A DNA stretch of 64,000 bases from contig JBGANV010000001.1 in NCBI GenBank assembly GCA_044222185.1, positions 2,176,001 through 2,240,000 on the forward strand. The letters run 5' to 3'. Under the pieces are notes generated by a model. It saw only the letters and a list, made by a program, of their open reading frames with translations. It did no database searches and was not told where the DNA came from. This DNA is from Planctomycetota bacterium (GTDB lineage: Bacteria; Planctomycetota; GCA-002687715; CAIWVZ01). The first letter of the stretch is position 1, and every line of letters begins with the position of its first letter. This document shows, piece after piece, positions 1 through 8,908 of this stretch. A program made the position numbers and the translations under genes.

Positions 1-363
1 GAGCGGAACTTCAGCCCCACGTTCCGACAGGCCGACCCGGCGGTGTGGGAGTCGTTCCTGAAGAACGTCACCAACAGCGTGACGCGTCCGAGCGCCGAGG
101 GGGTCATCGCCCAGGCCAACGCGGGGCTCCGGCATGACGTACGCGCCCGGCTCGGCGAGTTGACGATGCCCGTCCTCGTCACGACGGGCGAGCACGACCC
201 CGTGGCCCCGCCAGCCGTCGCGGAGGAACTGGCGGCGCGAATTCCCAGCGCGGCGCTCCATGTCTTCCGGGGGCCGCGCGCGTGGCACGCCATCCCCCTC
301 GAGATGGCGGAGGAGTTCAACGGCGTCATGCTCGACTTCCACGGACGCCACCCGGCGCCGTGA
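1..363 (+). CDS. alpha/beta hydrolase, C-terminal part (5'-truncated by window edge)
   Basis: Frame is open from base 1; PVLVTTGEHDPVAPP (acid) and WHAIPLE (His) motifs are typical of the C-terminal half of the alpha/beta-hydrolase fold. Confidence 0.8.
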   Translation, partial: ERNFSPTFRQADPAVWESFLKNVTNSVTRPSAEGVIAQANAGLRHDVRARLGELTMPVLVTTGEHDPVAPPAVAEELAARIPSAALHVFRGPRAWHAIPLEMAEEFNGVMLDFHGRHPAP

Positions 364-364
364 T

Positions 365-3106
365 TCAGTCCAGACGGCGTGCCGGGCGGACGCCCAGGTC
401 GTCGTTGTGGTAGTTCGGCGCGAGACCGTAGCGAAACGAGACTCGCGCATAATTCGCGTTGAACGTGAAGCTGCCGCCTCGCGCGATGAACCCGTCCGAC
501 TGATCACCGGCACGAAGCCCTTCCGGACCCGACGCCGCCAGTTCCTTGTATTGCGCGTAGGGCTCGCGGGTCATCTCGAAGACGTTGCCGTGGACCTCGT
601 GCAGCCCGAAGGGATTCGCGCGCGTCGATCCGACGGGGGCATGCAGCACGAAACCATCATCGAGTTCGGGCCAGTCGCCGATCGCGGGCCACTGAGCACC
701 ACCTCGCAGTGCGGCCTGATCCGCCAGGTTCGCCGCGACTCCGTGCTGGCGCAGGGACTCGCGGTCTGGTCCGCTCCACCACGGGGTCGCCGTGCCCGCG
801 CGCGCCGCGTATTCCCACTGAGCCTCGGTCGGCACCGTGAGACCGAGCTGCCACGACACACGGATCGCGTCCGCGTGTCCGATGGACTCGACCGGATGCG
901 TCAACGTGAACACCGTCCCCCCGGCGCGCAGTCCCGCAGCATAGGACGCCGGGTTTCGACCCGTCGCACGGAGCCACTGCCCCTGGGTCATCTCGTATTT
1001 CGAGATGAAGAACGGAGCGAGAGTCACACGGTTCACCGGGCTCTCGTCGGCGACGGCCGCGGCGTCCACGTTGGGTTCGCCGGACGTCTGCGCGTCGTCG
1101 GGTCGAGCCGCGCCCATGGCGAACGTCCCACCGGGCACGAGGACGAGCACCACGCCGTCCTCCGGCACGAGGGCATATCGTCCATCGGGCCCGACCTTGG
1201 GCTGCGGCCCATGACCCGGGGCGACGGTCGCCACGTGGATGAACTCCCAGAGCCCCGAGTCGGGATCGCGGCGAATCGGGACGAGCCCCAACTGCGGTCG
1301 GATCCGCAGCCCACCGTACTTCGGACAGGCGGCCGCATCGCCGATCGATGCGACGGCCTCGTTCCATTGCGCCGCGAAGCGCCCGACCGTCCGCTCGGTG
1401 ACCGTGCGTGAGGTCTGCAATCGCGCGTCGACGTCGGCGATCAGACCGATGGCCGGATCGGGATCCGAGAGCCGTGCGAGGTCATCCACGAGCCCCGTCA
1501 GGTAATCGTGCTTCCACTGGTCTTCCGTTCGCGAGAAGCGCCACTCGGTCCGTTTTGCACGCGTGTCCGCTGGAGCCGATGCAGGGCGCTCGTTGGCGCC
1601 GGCGCGGAGGTTCGCCAGCGCGACCCGGTGCGCCTCGAGGTTCGACGCGAGCTGCCGCGCCCGGCGCAACCAGTCCTCGAGGCGCGCGGTCATCTCCGGC
1701 ATCGCCGGGAAGAGGTCGGCCGCCTCGCGCGCGAGATCCGCCAGCCGCTTTCCGTCGGCGAGTCGCTCGTAATCCGCCAGCGCGACGGCGCGAGTCCGCG
1801 CGTTCTCGTCGGCGCGATCGCGCTCACGCTCGGTGGCGTGAAGGAGACTCTGGCTGACGATGAGCGCCGCCCCGAGGATCACGAAGATCGCGACGAGGGC
1901 CGTTGCGAGCGATGGATTCCGGCGACTCCAGCTCACCGCCCGCGACAACGCCGTCGCGGGTTTGGCCAGGATCGGTTCGTGGTTCCGCACGCGATGCAGG
2001 TCTTCCGCGAACGCCAGTGCGCTCTGGTAGCGACGGTCGCGATCCTTGCTCAGCGCCGTTGCGATGACGACGCCCAGGTCCCGCGAGATCGACAGGTTCA
2101 GCACGCGAGGATCGGCCGGTTCGTCCCGGAGGATTCGCTGCCAGAGCGCGGCGCGCGTCGGCGCTTCGAACGGTGGACGCAGCGTCACGCACTCGTACAG
2201 CGTGGCTCCGAGCGAGTAGACGTCCGTCCGGCGATCGAGGACTCCCGTCGCAGCGACCTGCTCGGGTGACATGTAGGCCGGCGTCCCGAAGAGGTCGCCC
2301 GCCTGGGTCAGACCGACGTCGTCAGCCCAGAGGTCGCGCGCGAGTCCGAAGTCGAGAACCACGGGGTTTCCGTCCTCGCCCACCATGATGTTCCCCGGCT
2401 TGATGTCGCGGTGGATCACCCCCGCCTCGTGTGCGGCGTGAAGTGCGCGCGCGGCCTTCTCGACGAGCTCGATGGCGGCGAGCAGGTCCGGGCGGATCGG
2501 AACGGTGGCCTGGTCGACGCGGCGGACCGCCGTCGCCTCCCGCGCCGTCCGGTGCGTCACGCCGAGGTCGACGTAGGTGCTGTCGGTGGCGGTGCCGGTC
2601 CGAAGCGATTGGATGCGGCGCGCGAGCGTCTCGCCGCGGACGTAGCGCATGGCGATGTATGGGGTCTCGCCCACCACGCCGGAGTCGTACACCGTGCAGA
2701 TACCCGCGTGGTCCAACCGCGAGGCGACCTCGGCCTCGCGCTGGAAGCGGCGAACGGTCTCCGAGCCTGGGGCCGCCGTGGACGACAGCAGCTTCAGCGC
2801 CACGCGTCGGTGCAGCCGGGTGTCCGTCGCGAGATACACCGCACCCTGGCCGCCACGCCCCAGTTCGTCCTCGATCTGGTATTGCGCCAGCCTGTCGCCC
2901 GGACGCCAATCAGTGGCTTGCTTGCGGGTTTCACGGCCGACGCGGACGGTCTCGTCCGACGCCGAGACGCGGGAGTGCTCACGGGCGATGAGGCTCTCAT
3001 GACCCGGCCACAAAGCCTGATAATCGGCCAGGCTACGGATCCGGCCCGCCGCACGATCGGCGCGGTAGAGGTCCTGGAATTCCTGGGTCGGGTCGACGTC
3101 AGCCAT
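365..3106 (-). CDS. Ser/Thr protein kinase fused to a C-terminal FGE-sulfatase (SUMF1/EgtB-like) domain, with a central TM helix
   Basis: Hanks motifs LGRGGQGAVY, VALK, HRDIKPGN, LDFGLAR, GTPAYMSPEQ; TM segment LATALVAIFVILGAALIV; FGE motifs PGGTFAMG, PTEAQWEYAARAG, NPFGLHEVHGNV, RGGS. The start is trimmed to MADVDPT (3106; 3136 is an alternative) because the ORF extension to 4012 is antisense to a + strand gene. Confidence 0.9.
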   Translation of the reverse strand: MADVDPTQEFQDLYRADRAAGRIRSLADYQALWPGHESLIAREHSRVSASDETVRVGRETRKQATDWRPGDRLAQYQIEDELGRGGQGAVYLATDTRLHRRVALKLLSSTAAPGSETVRRFQREAEVASRLDHAGICTVYDSGVVGETPYIAMRYVRGETLARRIQSLRTGTATDSTYVDLGVTHRTAREATAVRRVDQATVPIRPDLLAAIELVEKAARALHAAHEAGVIHRDIKPGNIMVGEDGNPVVLDFGLARDLWADDVGLTQAGDLFGTPAYMSPEQVAATGVLDRRTDVYSLGATLYECVTLRPPFEAPTRAALWQRILRDEPADPRVLNLSISRDLGVVIATALSKDRDRRYQSALAFAEDLHRVRNHEPILAKPATALSRAVSWSRRNPSLATALVAIFVILGAALIVSQSLLHATERERDRADENARTRAVALADYERLADGKRLADLAREAADLFPAMPEMTARLEDWLRRARQLASNLEAHRVALANLRAGANERPASAPADTRAKRTEWRFSRTEDQWKHDYLTGLVDDLARLSDPDPAIGLIADVDARLQTSRTVTERTVGRFAAQWNEAVASIGDAAACPKYGGLRIRPQLGLVPIRRDPDSGLWEFIHVATVAPGHGPQPKVGPDGRYALVPEDGVVLVLVPGGTFAMGAARPDDAQTSGEPNVDAAAVADESPVNRVTLAPFFISKYEMTQGQWLRATGRNPASYAAGLRAGGTVFTLTHPVESIGHADAIRVSWQLGLTVPTEAQWEYAARAGTATPWWSGPDRESLRQHGVAANLADQAALRGGAQWPAIGDWPELDDGFVLHAPVGSTRANPFGLHEVHGNVFEMTREPYAQYKELAASGPEGLRAGDQSDGFIARGGSFTFNANYARVSFRYGLAPNYHNDDLGVRPARRLD

Positions 3107-3283
3107 GCGTGGTATCGGCGCGGTTGCCGAGGCCATGGATACCACGCGGGGTGGCGCGCTGCCGGCAGCTCCCGACCCCAGCGGGATTTTTTCCTTGGGC
3201 CTCGCCGTCTCCGTCGACGAAGATCGGCCCCACTGCGAGGGCCGCGCGACAGGACTGCGGCCCCCCAAGACGAGGACCGAACC

Positions 3284-4015
3284 ATGCCGAGATCCGGACG
3301 ATGGCTCCAGTTGACGGCCGCCAGCCTGCTCGGGCTCGCGTTCGTGCTGGCGAGTGGGACCGCGCACGCCCAGGCCGAGGATGACGACGCATTCGACCAC
3401 GCCGGGACGTTGCGCCAGATCCGACGGAACATGGCGAAGATCGAGGAGGAGCTGGGACGGCTCGGCCCTCACGACCCCAAGACCGGTGAGAAGGTCATCG
3501 AGGACATCGACAGGGTCCTCGATCAGGCGAAGAAGCGTGGCGACCAGATCGTGAGCGACATCGACACGTTCCTCGATCATCTGAAGTGTTGAAGCGGCGG
3601 GGCCGGTTCCAGCCCGGGTGGCGGGAATCCCAAGGGATCGTCGAAGCCGAACGGCAAGGGTTCGCAGGCGCGCGGCGCGGCGCGAGACCGCAACAAGTCC
3701 GACAAGCCGGATGACTCGGCCAGGCGTCCGGGCAAGAAGAAACCCGGTGAGTCGGCGGGCGGCAAGAAGGGCGGCGGCCCCGAAGACGGCACCGCTCGTG
3801 AGAAGGCCGGCGGCCAGAACGTCGACGGGCCCGAGAAGGAGCCAGGGCCGAAGCAGAAGGTTCCGATGGACCTCGTGAACGAGCTGTGGGGCAACCTCCC
3901 GCGCGAGCTCCGCCAGAAGCTCGTGGACCGCAACTTCGACGAGGTGACGCCCGAGTACGAGGCGGAGGTCGTCGAGTACTTCAAGAAGACGAACGTGCCG
4001 GTGAAGAAGCACTGA
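3284..4015 (+). CDS. secreted helical protein with an in-frame TGA at 3590-3592 (candidate selenoprotein or readthrough; otherwise a nonsense pseudogene)
   Basis: GAGGA RBS at 3272-3276, ATG at 3284, signal peptide ending AHA-QA. The frame continues 140 sense codons past Cys-TGA through a Gly/Lys/Ser linker into WGNLPRELRQKL...TPEYEAEVVEYFKK, ending at TGA 4013-4015. Confidence 0.7.
3605..3629 (+). promoter_or_regulatory. putative bacterial SECIS-like hairpin
   Basis: GGUUCC-A-GCC[CGGGU]GGC-G-GGAAUC, folded by eye; the loop starts 22 nt after the UGA and has a G in its second position. Confidence 0.4.
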
Positions 4016-4067
4016 TTCCGACCCGGCGCGTGCGAAGGCCCCGATCGGTCGAGGTCCCCTCCAAACG

Positions 4068-4340
4068 GAACGGCTGCAGGAACTGCGCGCGATGACCGCC
4101 GACGACCGTCCGACGAACCGAGCGGTCCTCGAGCATCAGCCATAGGTGTGGAGCGTCGATCACACCTCGGCCGGGTCCGCCGCGGAGACAGGCACGAACT
4201 TCGACATCGTCCTCGTCGATCGTCAGATGCCCGACGAAGACGGGTCGTCGTTCGTTCGGTGGCTCCGCGCCACGACGGACGGAACGATCGTGCGTGTCGT
4301 GATGATGACCTCCGCGGACGCGGTGTCAGGCCTGGCGGGC
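4068..4340 (+). pseudogene. degenerate response-regulator receiver domain fragment
   Basis: ERLQELRAMTADDRPTNRAVLEHQP*VWSV...FDIVLVDRQMPDEDG...VVMMTS: receiver motifs (DD..TNR, D..L.D..MP..DG, .MMTS) with an in-frame TAG at 4143-4145 and no complete C-terminus. Confidence 0.6.
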
Positions 4341-4419
4341 GTGCCACACGCCATGAACGGAGCCGGTCCCTGCAAGCGGCCGGTCTTGAATCGCTCCGAG
4401 CGCGGGCCCGCGGACGGCG

Positions 4420-4749
4420 TCAGAACGCGTCGGCGACGGTGCCGGGAAGACTCCGCCCGTCGCTCGACGGAAGGTCGTCGTCGTCATCGAATTCGCCGAA
4501 GTCCATGGCGTCGGCGCCAGGCTTGATCTCGTCGAGGATCTCGCGGGCGCGCGCGAGGTCGCGCGCCGGCACCGATATCTCGCAGCCCAGCGCGCCGATG
4601 ATCGTCTGCCACGTCGCCCAGCCATCCGCGAGGAAACGACCGGGAATGACCGCATGGATTCCCTCACGCTCGAGCGCCTCCGCCCACATACCAGCGATCA
4701 CCGGGTTCGGCGCACGGCCGACGACGACATGGGGACCGGGGCCTTCCAT
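4420..4749 (-). CDS. DUF2007-like (putative signal-transducing) small protein
   Basis: AAGGAG RBS; pattern A.M....LE.EGI.A ... V...D...A.EIL; acidic tail. Confidence 0.7.
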   Translation of the reverse strand: MEGPGPHVVVGRAPNPVIAGMWAEALEREGIHAVIPGRFLADGWATWQTIIGALGCEISVPARDLARAREILDEIKPGADAMDFGEFDDDDDLPSSDGRSLPGTVADAF

Positions 4750-4844
4750 GGGAAACTCCTTGCCCGGCAGCGCCCCGCCGGATCGAAGGACCGCAGTCTA
4801 TCCGGTGTGCTAACCTCGCGCCCGCCCCGTCGCGGCCGATCACC

Positions 4845-5150
4845 ATGACACTCGACCGAGCCACTCTCCGAGCCCTTCGAAGCCAGGCCCACCACCTCAC
4901 GCCGACCGTCCGCATCGGACCCAACGGCGTCACCCCCGGAGTCGTGCAGGCGCTCGACGTCGAGTTCAAGAAAACCGAGCTCGTGAAGGTCCAATGCACC
5001 AAGGCGACGGCCGAGACCACGGCCGCCGCGGCGACCGAGCTGGCGGCGGCAGCCAGGGCCGACGTCGTTCAGGTCATCGGACACACGTTCACGCTGCACC
5101 GCGCGCGACGCGATACACCGCCGGACGACGACGTCGACCTCGGCGACTGA
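4845..5150 (+). CDS. yhbY: YhbY/CRM-domain RNA-binding ribosome assembly protein
   Basis: LRSQAHHLTPTVRIGPNG, ELVKV, VQVIGHT.TL.R; about 100 aa. Confidence 0.9.
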   Translation: MTLDRATLRALRSQAHHLTPTVRIGPNGVTPGVVQALDVEFKKTELVKVQCTKATAETTAAAATELAAAARADVVQVIGHTFTLHRARRDTPPDDDVDLGD

Positions 5151-5170
5151 GGACGACGCGGTCGCGAGCC

Positions 5171-7789
5171 TCAGGCTTTGACCTTCACGGTGGCGCGCAG
5201 TCGGATGTCAGCGGACGAGGCGCCGAACCGGATCTCGTAGGAGCCCGCGGGCACGACCCAACGCTGCCCGACCGGGTCCCAGGACCCGAAGTCCCGCACG
5301 CGAAGCTCGAGCTCGACGGACGCCGTGGCCTTCGGCTCCAGTTGGATCCGCTTGAACGCCACGAGCCGCTGCTCGGGTTGGACTGCGAACGGCTGGACCG
5401 CGTGGACATAGGCCTGCACGACCTCGGCGCCGGCACGTGAGCCCGAGTTCGTCAGGCGCACCACGCAGGTCACGGTGCCATCCGCAGGGACCTCTTCCGG
5501 GCTCGCGGTCGCGTTGCCGTACTCGAACGTCGTGTAGCTCAGCCCGTGACCGAACGCGAAGAGCGGCCGCGTCGGCAGATACTGGTAGGTGCGCCCTCGC
5601 GAGATTTCGTAATCGCCGATCCGCGGGAGCTGCTCCGTGGACGCGACGACGGTCACGGGCAGTCGTCCCGACGGGTTCGTCGCGCCAAAGAGCATCTCGC
5701 CGAGCGCCGTCCCACCTTCCTCACCCGGGTACCAGATCTCCAAGATGGCCGGCACGTGCTCCGCCGCCCACGGCACCGACAGCGGCCCGCCATTCATGAG
5801 AACCAGGACCGTGTTCGGATTCGCGGCCATCAGGGCTTGCAGATAGCTCTCCTGATCCTTCGGTAGTCCCAACTCGCGCCGGTCGCGATCTTCGTCTTCG
5901 AACTCCGGCCCCAGGCCCATCACGGCGACGACGACGTCGCAGGACTTCGCGAGCTCGTATTCGGGCGCGAGGCGATCGACCTGACGCTTCTCCGGCGTCA
6001 CCCAATCGAGGCGCGCGCTCGCATCGCCCTGCTTGTCGAAGTACTCGAGCACGATGCGGTACGCCTTGCCGCCTTCGAGGGTGACGGTGATCGAATCGTG
6101 AACCGGACCCCGCTCGTGCCATGCGTCGATCACGAGCTTGTCGTCCAGGAAGAGTCGCGCGCCGTCGTCCGTCTTGGCGCCGATGTCGTAGTCACCGGAC
6201 GTGGGCGGCGTCAGCACGCCGCTCCACCTGACGCTGAAACTCTCCGTGGGCATGGATGGATCCGGGGCCTTCTTGCCCCAGTCGAAATCCACCGTGGCAT
6301 CGAGGCGCGTGAGCACTTCGCCGTCGAGGTTGCGGTTGCGGAAATACACTCCGCGCAAACCGTGGGCGTTGGGAGGCGCATCCGCAGCGGGACGCAGGAC
6401 CGCCGTCGGGATCGTCTCGAACCAGGTCTCCTTCTCGGCGAGCGCCCACTTCTGGGTCTTCACCTCGACTCCCGGCCCTGCCGCCTTCTTCACGCCTTCG
6501 ACGGGCGACAGGACCTCGCGGGCCGCTTCGCCGCTGTAACCGCCGAACAGGATCCGATGGGCGTTGGGGCCGAGGACCGCGATGCTCCTGATCTTGGACG
6601 CGTCGATCGGGAGTAGCGCGGCGTTCGTCTTCGCGCTCGGGGCGTTCTTCAGCAGCACGAACGACTGCCGCGCCGACTCCAATGCGAGTGCGATGTGCTC
6701 GTCACAGCCGACGACGCTCGCAGGAATCTTCGACCACGGAACCCGGTCCACGGGGTCGAACATCCCGAGTCGGAATCGCGTGGAGAGACTGCGGAACAGC
6801 GCGCGATCGAGCGTGGCCTCGTCCAGCAGCCCCGTGCGAACGGCCTCCACGATGTACTTGGAGAAGTCCGGAAGCCACGGTGACATCACGTCGGCACCAG
6901 CCTTGAACGAAGCGGCGGCGGCCTGCGGATAGGAGTCGACCTTGCCGTGGCTGTCCTTCATCCGCTCGGGCGCGGAGACATCCGTGACGACCGTCCCCCG
7001 GAAGCCCCACTCGCTGCGGAGCACGTCCGTCAGCAACCACGGGTTCATGGAGTTCGGAACGTCGTTGATGCCGTTGTACGAGCTCATGATGGACTCGCAT
7101 CCGGCCTCCACGATCGCCGTGCGGAATGCCGGCAGGTAGTACTCGCGCAACGCGCGCTCGGAGATCATCGGACGCGTGGTGTATCGGGCGTCCTCTTCGT
7201 TGTTCGCGGCGAAGTGCTTCACCGTCGCCGCAATCTTCAGGTAGCGCGGATCATCGCCCTGAAGGCCGCGCACGAAGGCGGCGGCGAACTTCCCACAGAG
7301 GTACGGATCCTCGCCGTAGGTCTCCTCCGTGCGGCCCCACCGCGGGTCGCGCGCCATGTTGATCGTGGGGCTCCAGTACGTGAGCCCGCCGTACTGATCG
7401 CTGAACTTCCCGTGCTGGTGTTTGGCGCGAGCCTCGTCCGAGATCGCGCTCGCGATGGCGAAGTGCAGGTTCGTGTTCCACGTCGCCGCGAGGCCGATCG
7501 CCTGCGGGAACACCGTCGCCTTGCCGGCCCGTGCGACGCCGTGGAGGCACTCGCTCCACCAGTGGTATCGCGGGATGCCCAAACGAGGGATCGCCGCGCA
7601 GTTCATCACTCCCTGGCTCGCCTTCTCCTCGAGAGTGAGACGGCCGATTAGGTCGCGGACGCGCGCGTCGAGTGGAAGGTCCGGGTCCTGGAACGGGAGC
7701 CTGGCGTCAGGCGGCTGCTGCGCACCGGCGACGAGAGCGAGCACCAACCAACCACAAAGCAGGGCACTGACGTTCCACCGGCGACCCAT
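5171..7789 (-). CDS. secreted GH3 beta-glucosidase/xylosidase with PA14 insertion and Fn3-like C-terminus
   Basis: WWSECLHGVAR, ATVFPQAIGLAATW, RDPRWGRTEETYGEDP, KHFAAN, nucleophile VVTD, PA14-like FSVRWSG/DDGARL, FGHGLSYTTF; signal peptide. Start uncertain (7789, 7810 or 7831). Confidence 0.92.
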   Translation of the reverse strand: MGRRWNVSALLCGWLVLALVAGAQQPPDARLPFQDPDLPLDARVRDLIGRLTLEEKASQGVMNCAAIPRLGIPRYHWWSECLHGVARAGKATVFPQAIGLAATWNTNLHFAIASAISDEARAKHQHGKFSDQYGGLTYWSPTINMARDPRWGRTEETYGEDPYLCGKFAAAFVRGLQGDDPRYLKIAATVKHFAANNEEDARYTTRPMISERALREYYLPAFRTAIVEAGCESIMSSYNGINDVPNSMNPWLLTDVLRSEWGFRGTVVTDVSAPERMKDSHGKVDSYPQAAAASFKAGADVMSPWLPDFSKYIVEAVRTGLLDEATLDRALFRSLSTRFRLGMFDPVDRVPWSKIPASVVGCDEHIALALESARQSFVLLKNAPSAKTNAALLPIDASKIRSIAVLGPNAHRILFGGYSGEAAREVLSPVEGVKKAAGPGVEVKTQKWALAEKETWFETIPTAVLRPAADAPPNAHGLRGVYFRNRNLDGEVLTRLDATVDFDWGKKAPDPSMPTESFSVRWSGVLTPPTSGDYDIGAKTDDGARLFLDDKLVIDAWHERGPVHDSITVTLEGGKAYRIVLEYFDKQGDASARLDWVTPEKRQVDRLAPEYELAKSCDVVVAVMGLGPEFEDEDRDRRELGLPKDQESYLQALMAANPNTVLVLMNGGPLSVPWAAEHVPAILEIWYPGEEGGTALGEMLFGATNPSGRLPVTVVASTEQLPRIGDYEISRGRTYQYLPTRPLFAFGHGLSYTTFEYGNATASPEEVPADGTVTCVVRLTNSGSRAGAEVVQAYVHAVQPFAVQPEQRLVAFKRIQLEPKATASVELELRVRDFGSWDPVGQRWVVPAGSYEIRFGASSADIRLRATVKVKA

Positions 7790-7870
7790 CGGCTGACTCC
7801 GATCCCCCATTCCCGAGGGCGCGGCGATCATACGCGCGGTGTCAACCCCGAGGGCGCCGAGGTCCCAACC

Positions 7871-8581
7871 TCACGTCGCCGGCTTGCGTCGCGCCAGTTC
7901 CTCCATCAGCTCGACCTGGATCTTCTGAATCTCCAGGAGGTGGCTCCACTGGTGAGTGAGGAGCTGGTCCATCTTCAGATTCAGGTGTCGAATCTCGAGC
8001 TCGGCCTTCAAGTTCACACGGTAATCGTGCTCGGCGCGCAGACGATCTTTCGCCTCCTGGCGGTTCTGGCTCATCATGATGATCGGAGCCTGGATCGCGG
8101 CGAGGCAGGAGAGGATGAGATTCAGAAGGATGAACGGATAGGGGTCGAATGCCCGCGTCGACCCTGCGACCACGTTGATGACGATCCAGACCAGGAGGAC
8201 GGCGCCGAACGCGAGGATGAACCGCCAGCTGCCGCCGAACGAGGCGACTCGATCCGCGAGGCGCGCCCCCAACGACACGTCCTTCTCGAACTCGGCGTTG
8301 AGGTTCCTCGCGAGGACCTCGTGCTCCCGGAGGCTCTGGATGACGTCGTGTTCGAGGCGCGTGAGTTCCCCGCGTTCCACTTTCAGCACGTGCTCGACGT
8401 ACTGCGCCCGGTATCGGCGCAGGCAGGCCGTGCACAACGGGCCTGACGCCGGCCATCGAGGGTGATCGCGGCGGATCAAGGTGATGACGCGGGACCGCAC
8501 GGCCTGCGCCAGAATCAGATCCGCGACCGGGTGGGCCTCGTTGCAGATCGGGCACGTGAAGGTGTCGGCGGGCTCGCTCAT
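7871..8581 (-). CDS. DUF1003 domain membrane protein
   Basis: ADRVASFGGSWRFI, FDPYPFILLNLILSCLAAIQAPIIMMSQNRQ, DYRVNLKAELEI. Confidence 0.92.
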   Translation of the reverse strand: MSEPADTFTCPICNEAHPVADLILAQAVRSRVITLIRRDHPRWPASGPLCTACLRRYRAQYVEHVLKVERGELTRLEHDVIQSLREHEVLARNLNAEFEKDVSLGARLADRVASFGGSWRFILAFGAVLLVWIVINVVAGSTRAFDPYPFILLNLILSCLAAIQAPIIMMSQNRQEAKDRLRAEHDYRVNLKAELEIRHLNLKMDQLLTHQWSHLLEIQKIQVELMEELARRKPAT

Positions 8582-8908
8582 GGGCCGATTATCGCAGCCC
8601 TGCCGCGGCCGGTTGGGATGTCGTCGACCCGGGGCCGGGCGGCACCTGCGGGGTCCGAGCCGGGTAAAAATGACACGAGACTGAGATCTGGTCGCTCAGA
8701 CTTCTATGACGTGAGAGTTCGACGGCTCGCCGAGGGCGACCGCCGCCGACGCGTCGGCCCGCGTCGGTGGTCGCGCGCCTCCTCACTCGTCATGCGCGCC
8801 GTCTCGCCGTTCACGGCGAGTTCATTGGCCACGGTACGTCACGCACATCTCTTCGTGTCACGCGGCGCGGGCTGACGTTGGAGCAGGCGCGTCGGGAACA
8901 GGACCACC

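Noticed and set aside
3590-3592. Genome-wide TGA reassignment (code 4 or 25) as the explanation for the in-frame TGA
   Set aside because: Most conserved genes in the window (lipA, lpdA, pstB, top6B) end correctly at TGA, so TGA is a normal stop.
3107-4012. 300-aa N-terminal extension of the kinase ORF (365..4012)
   Set aside because: It is the antisense shadow of the + strand gene at 3284-4015 and does not look like protein; kinase-like sequence begins near 3106-3136.
8711-8790. tRNA suggested by GTTCGA
   Set aside because: No cloverleaf, anticodon arm or CCA end can be built; kept only as a generic structured-RNA candidate.
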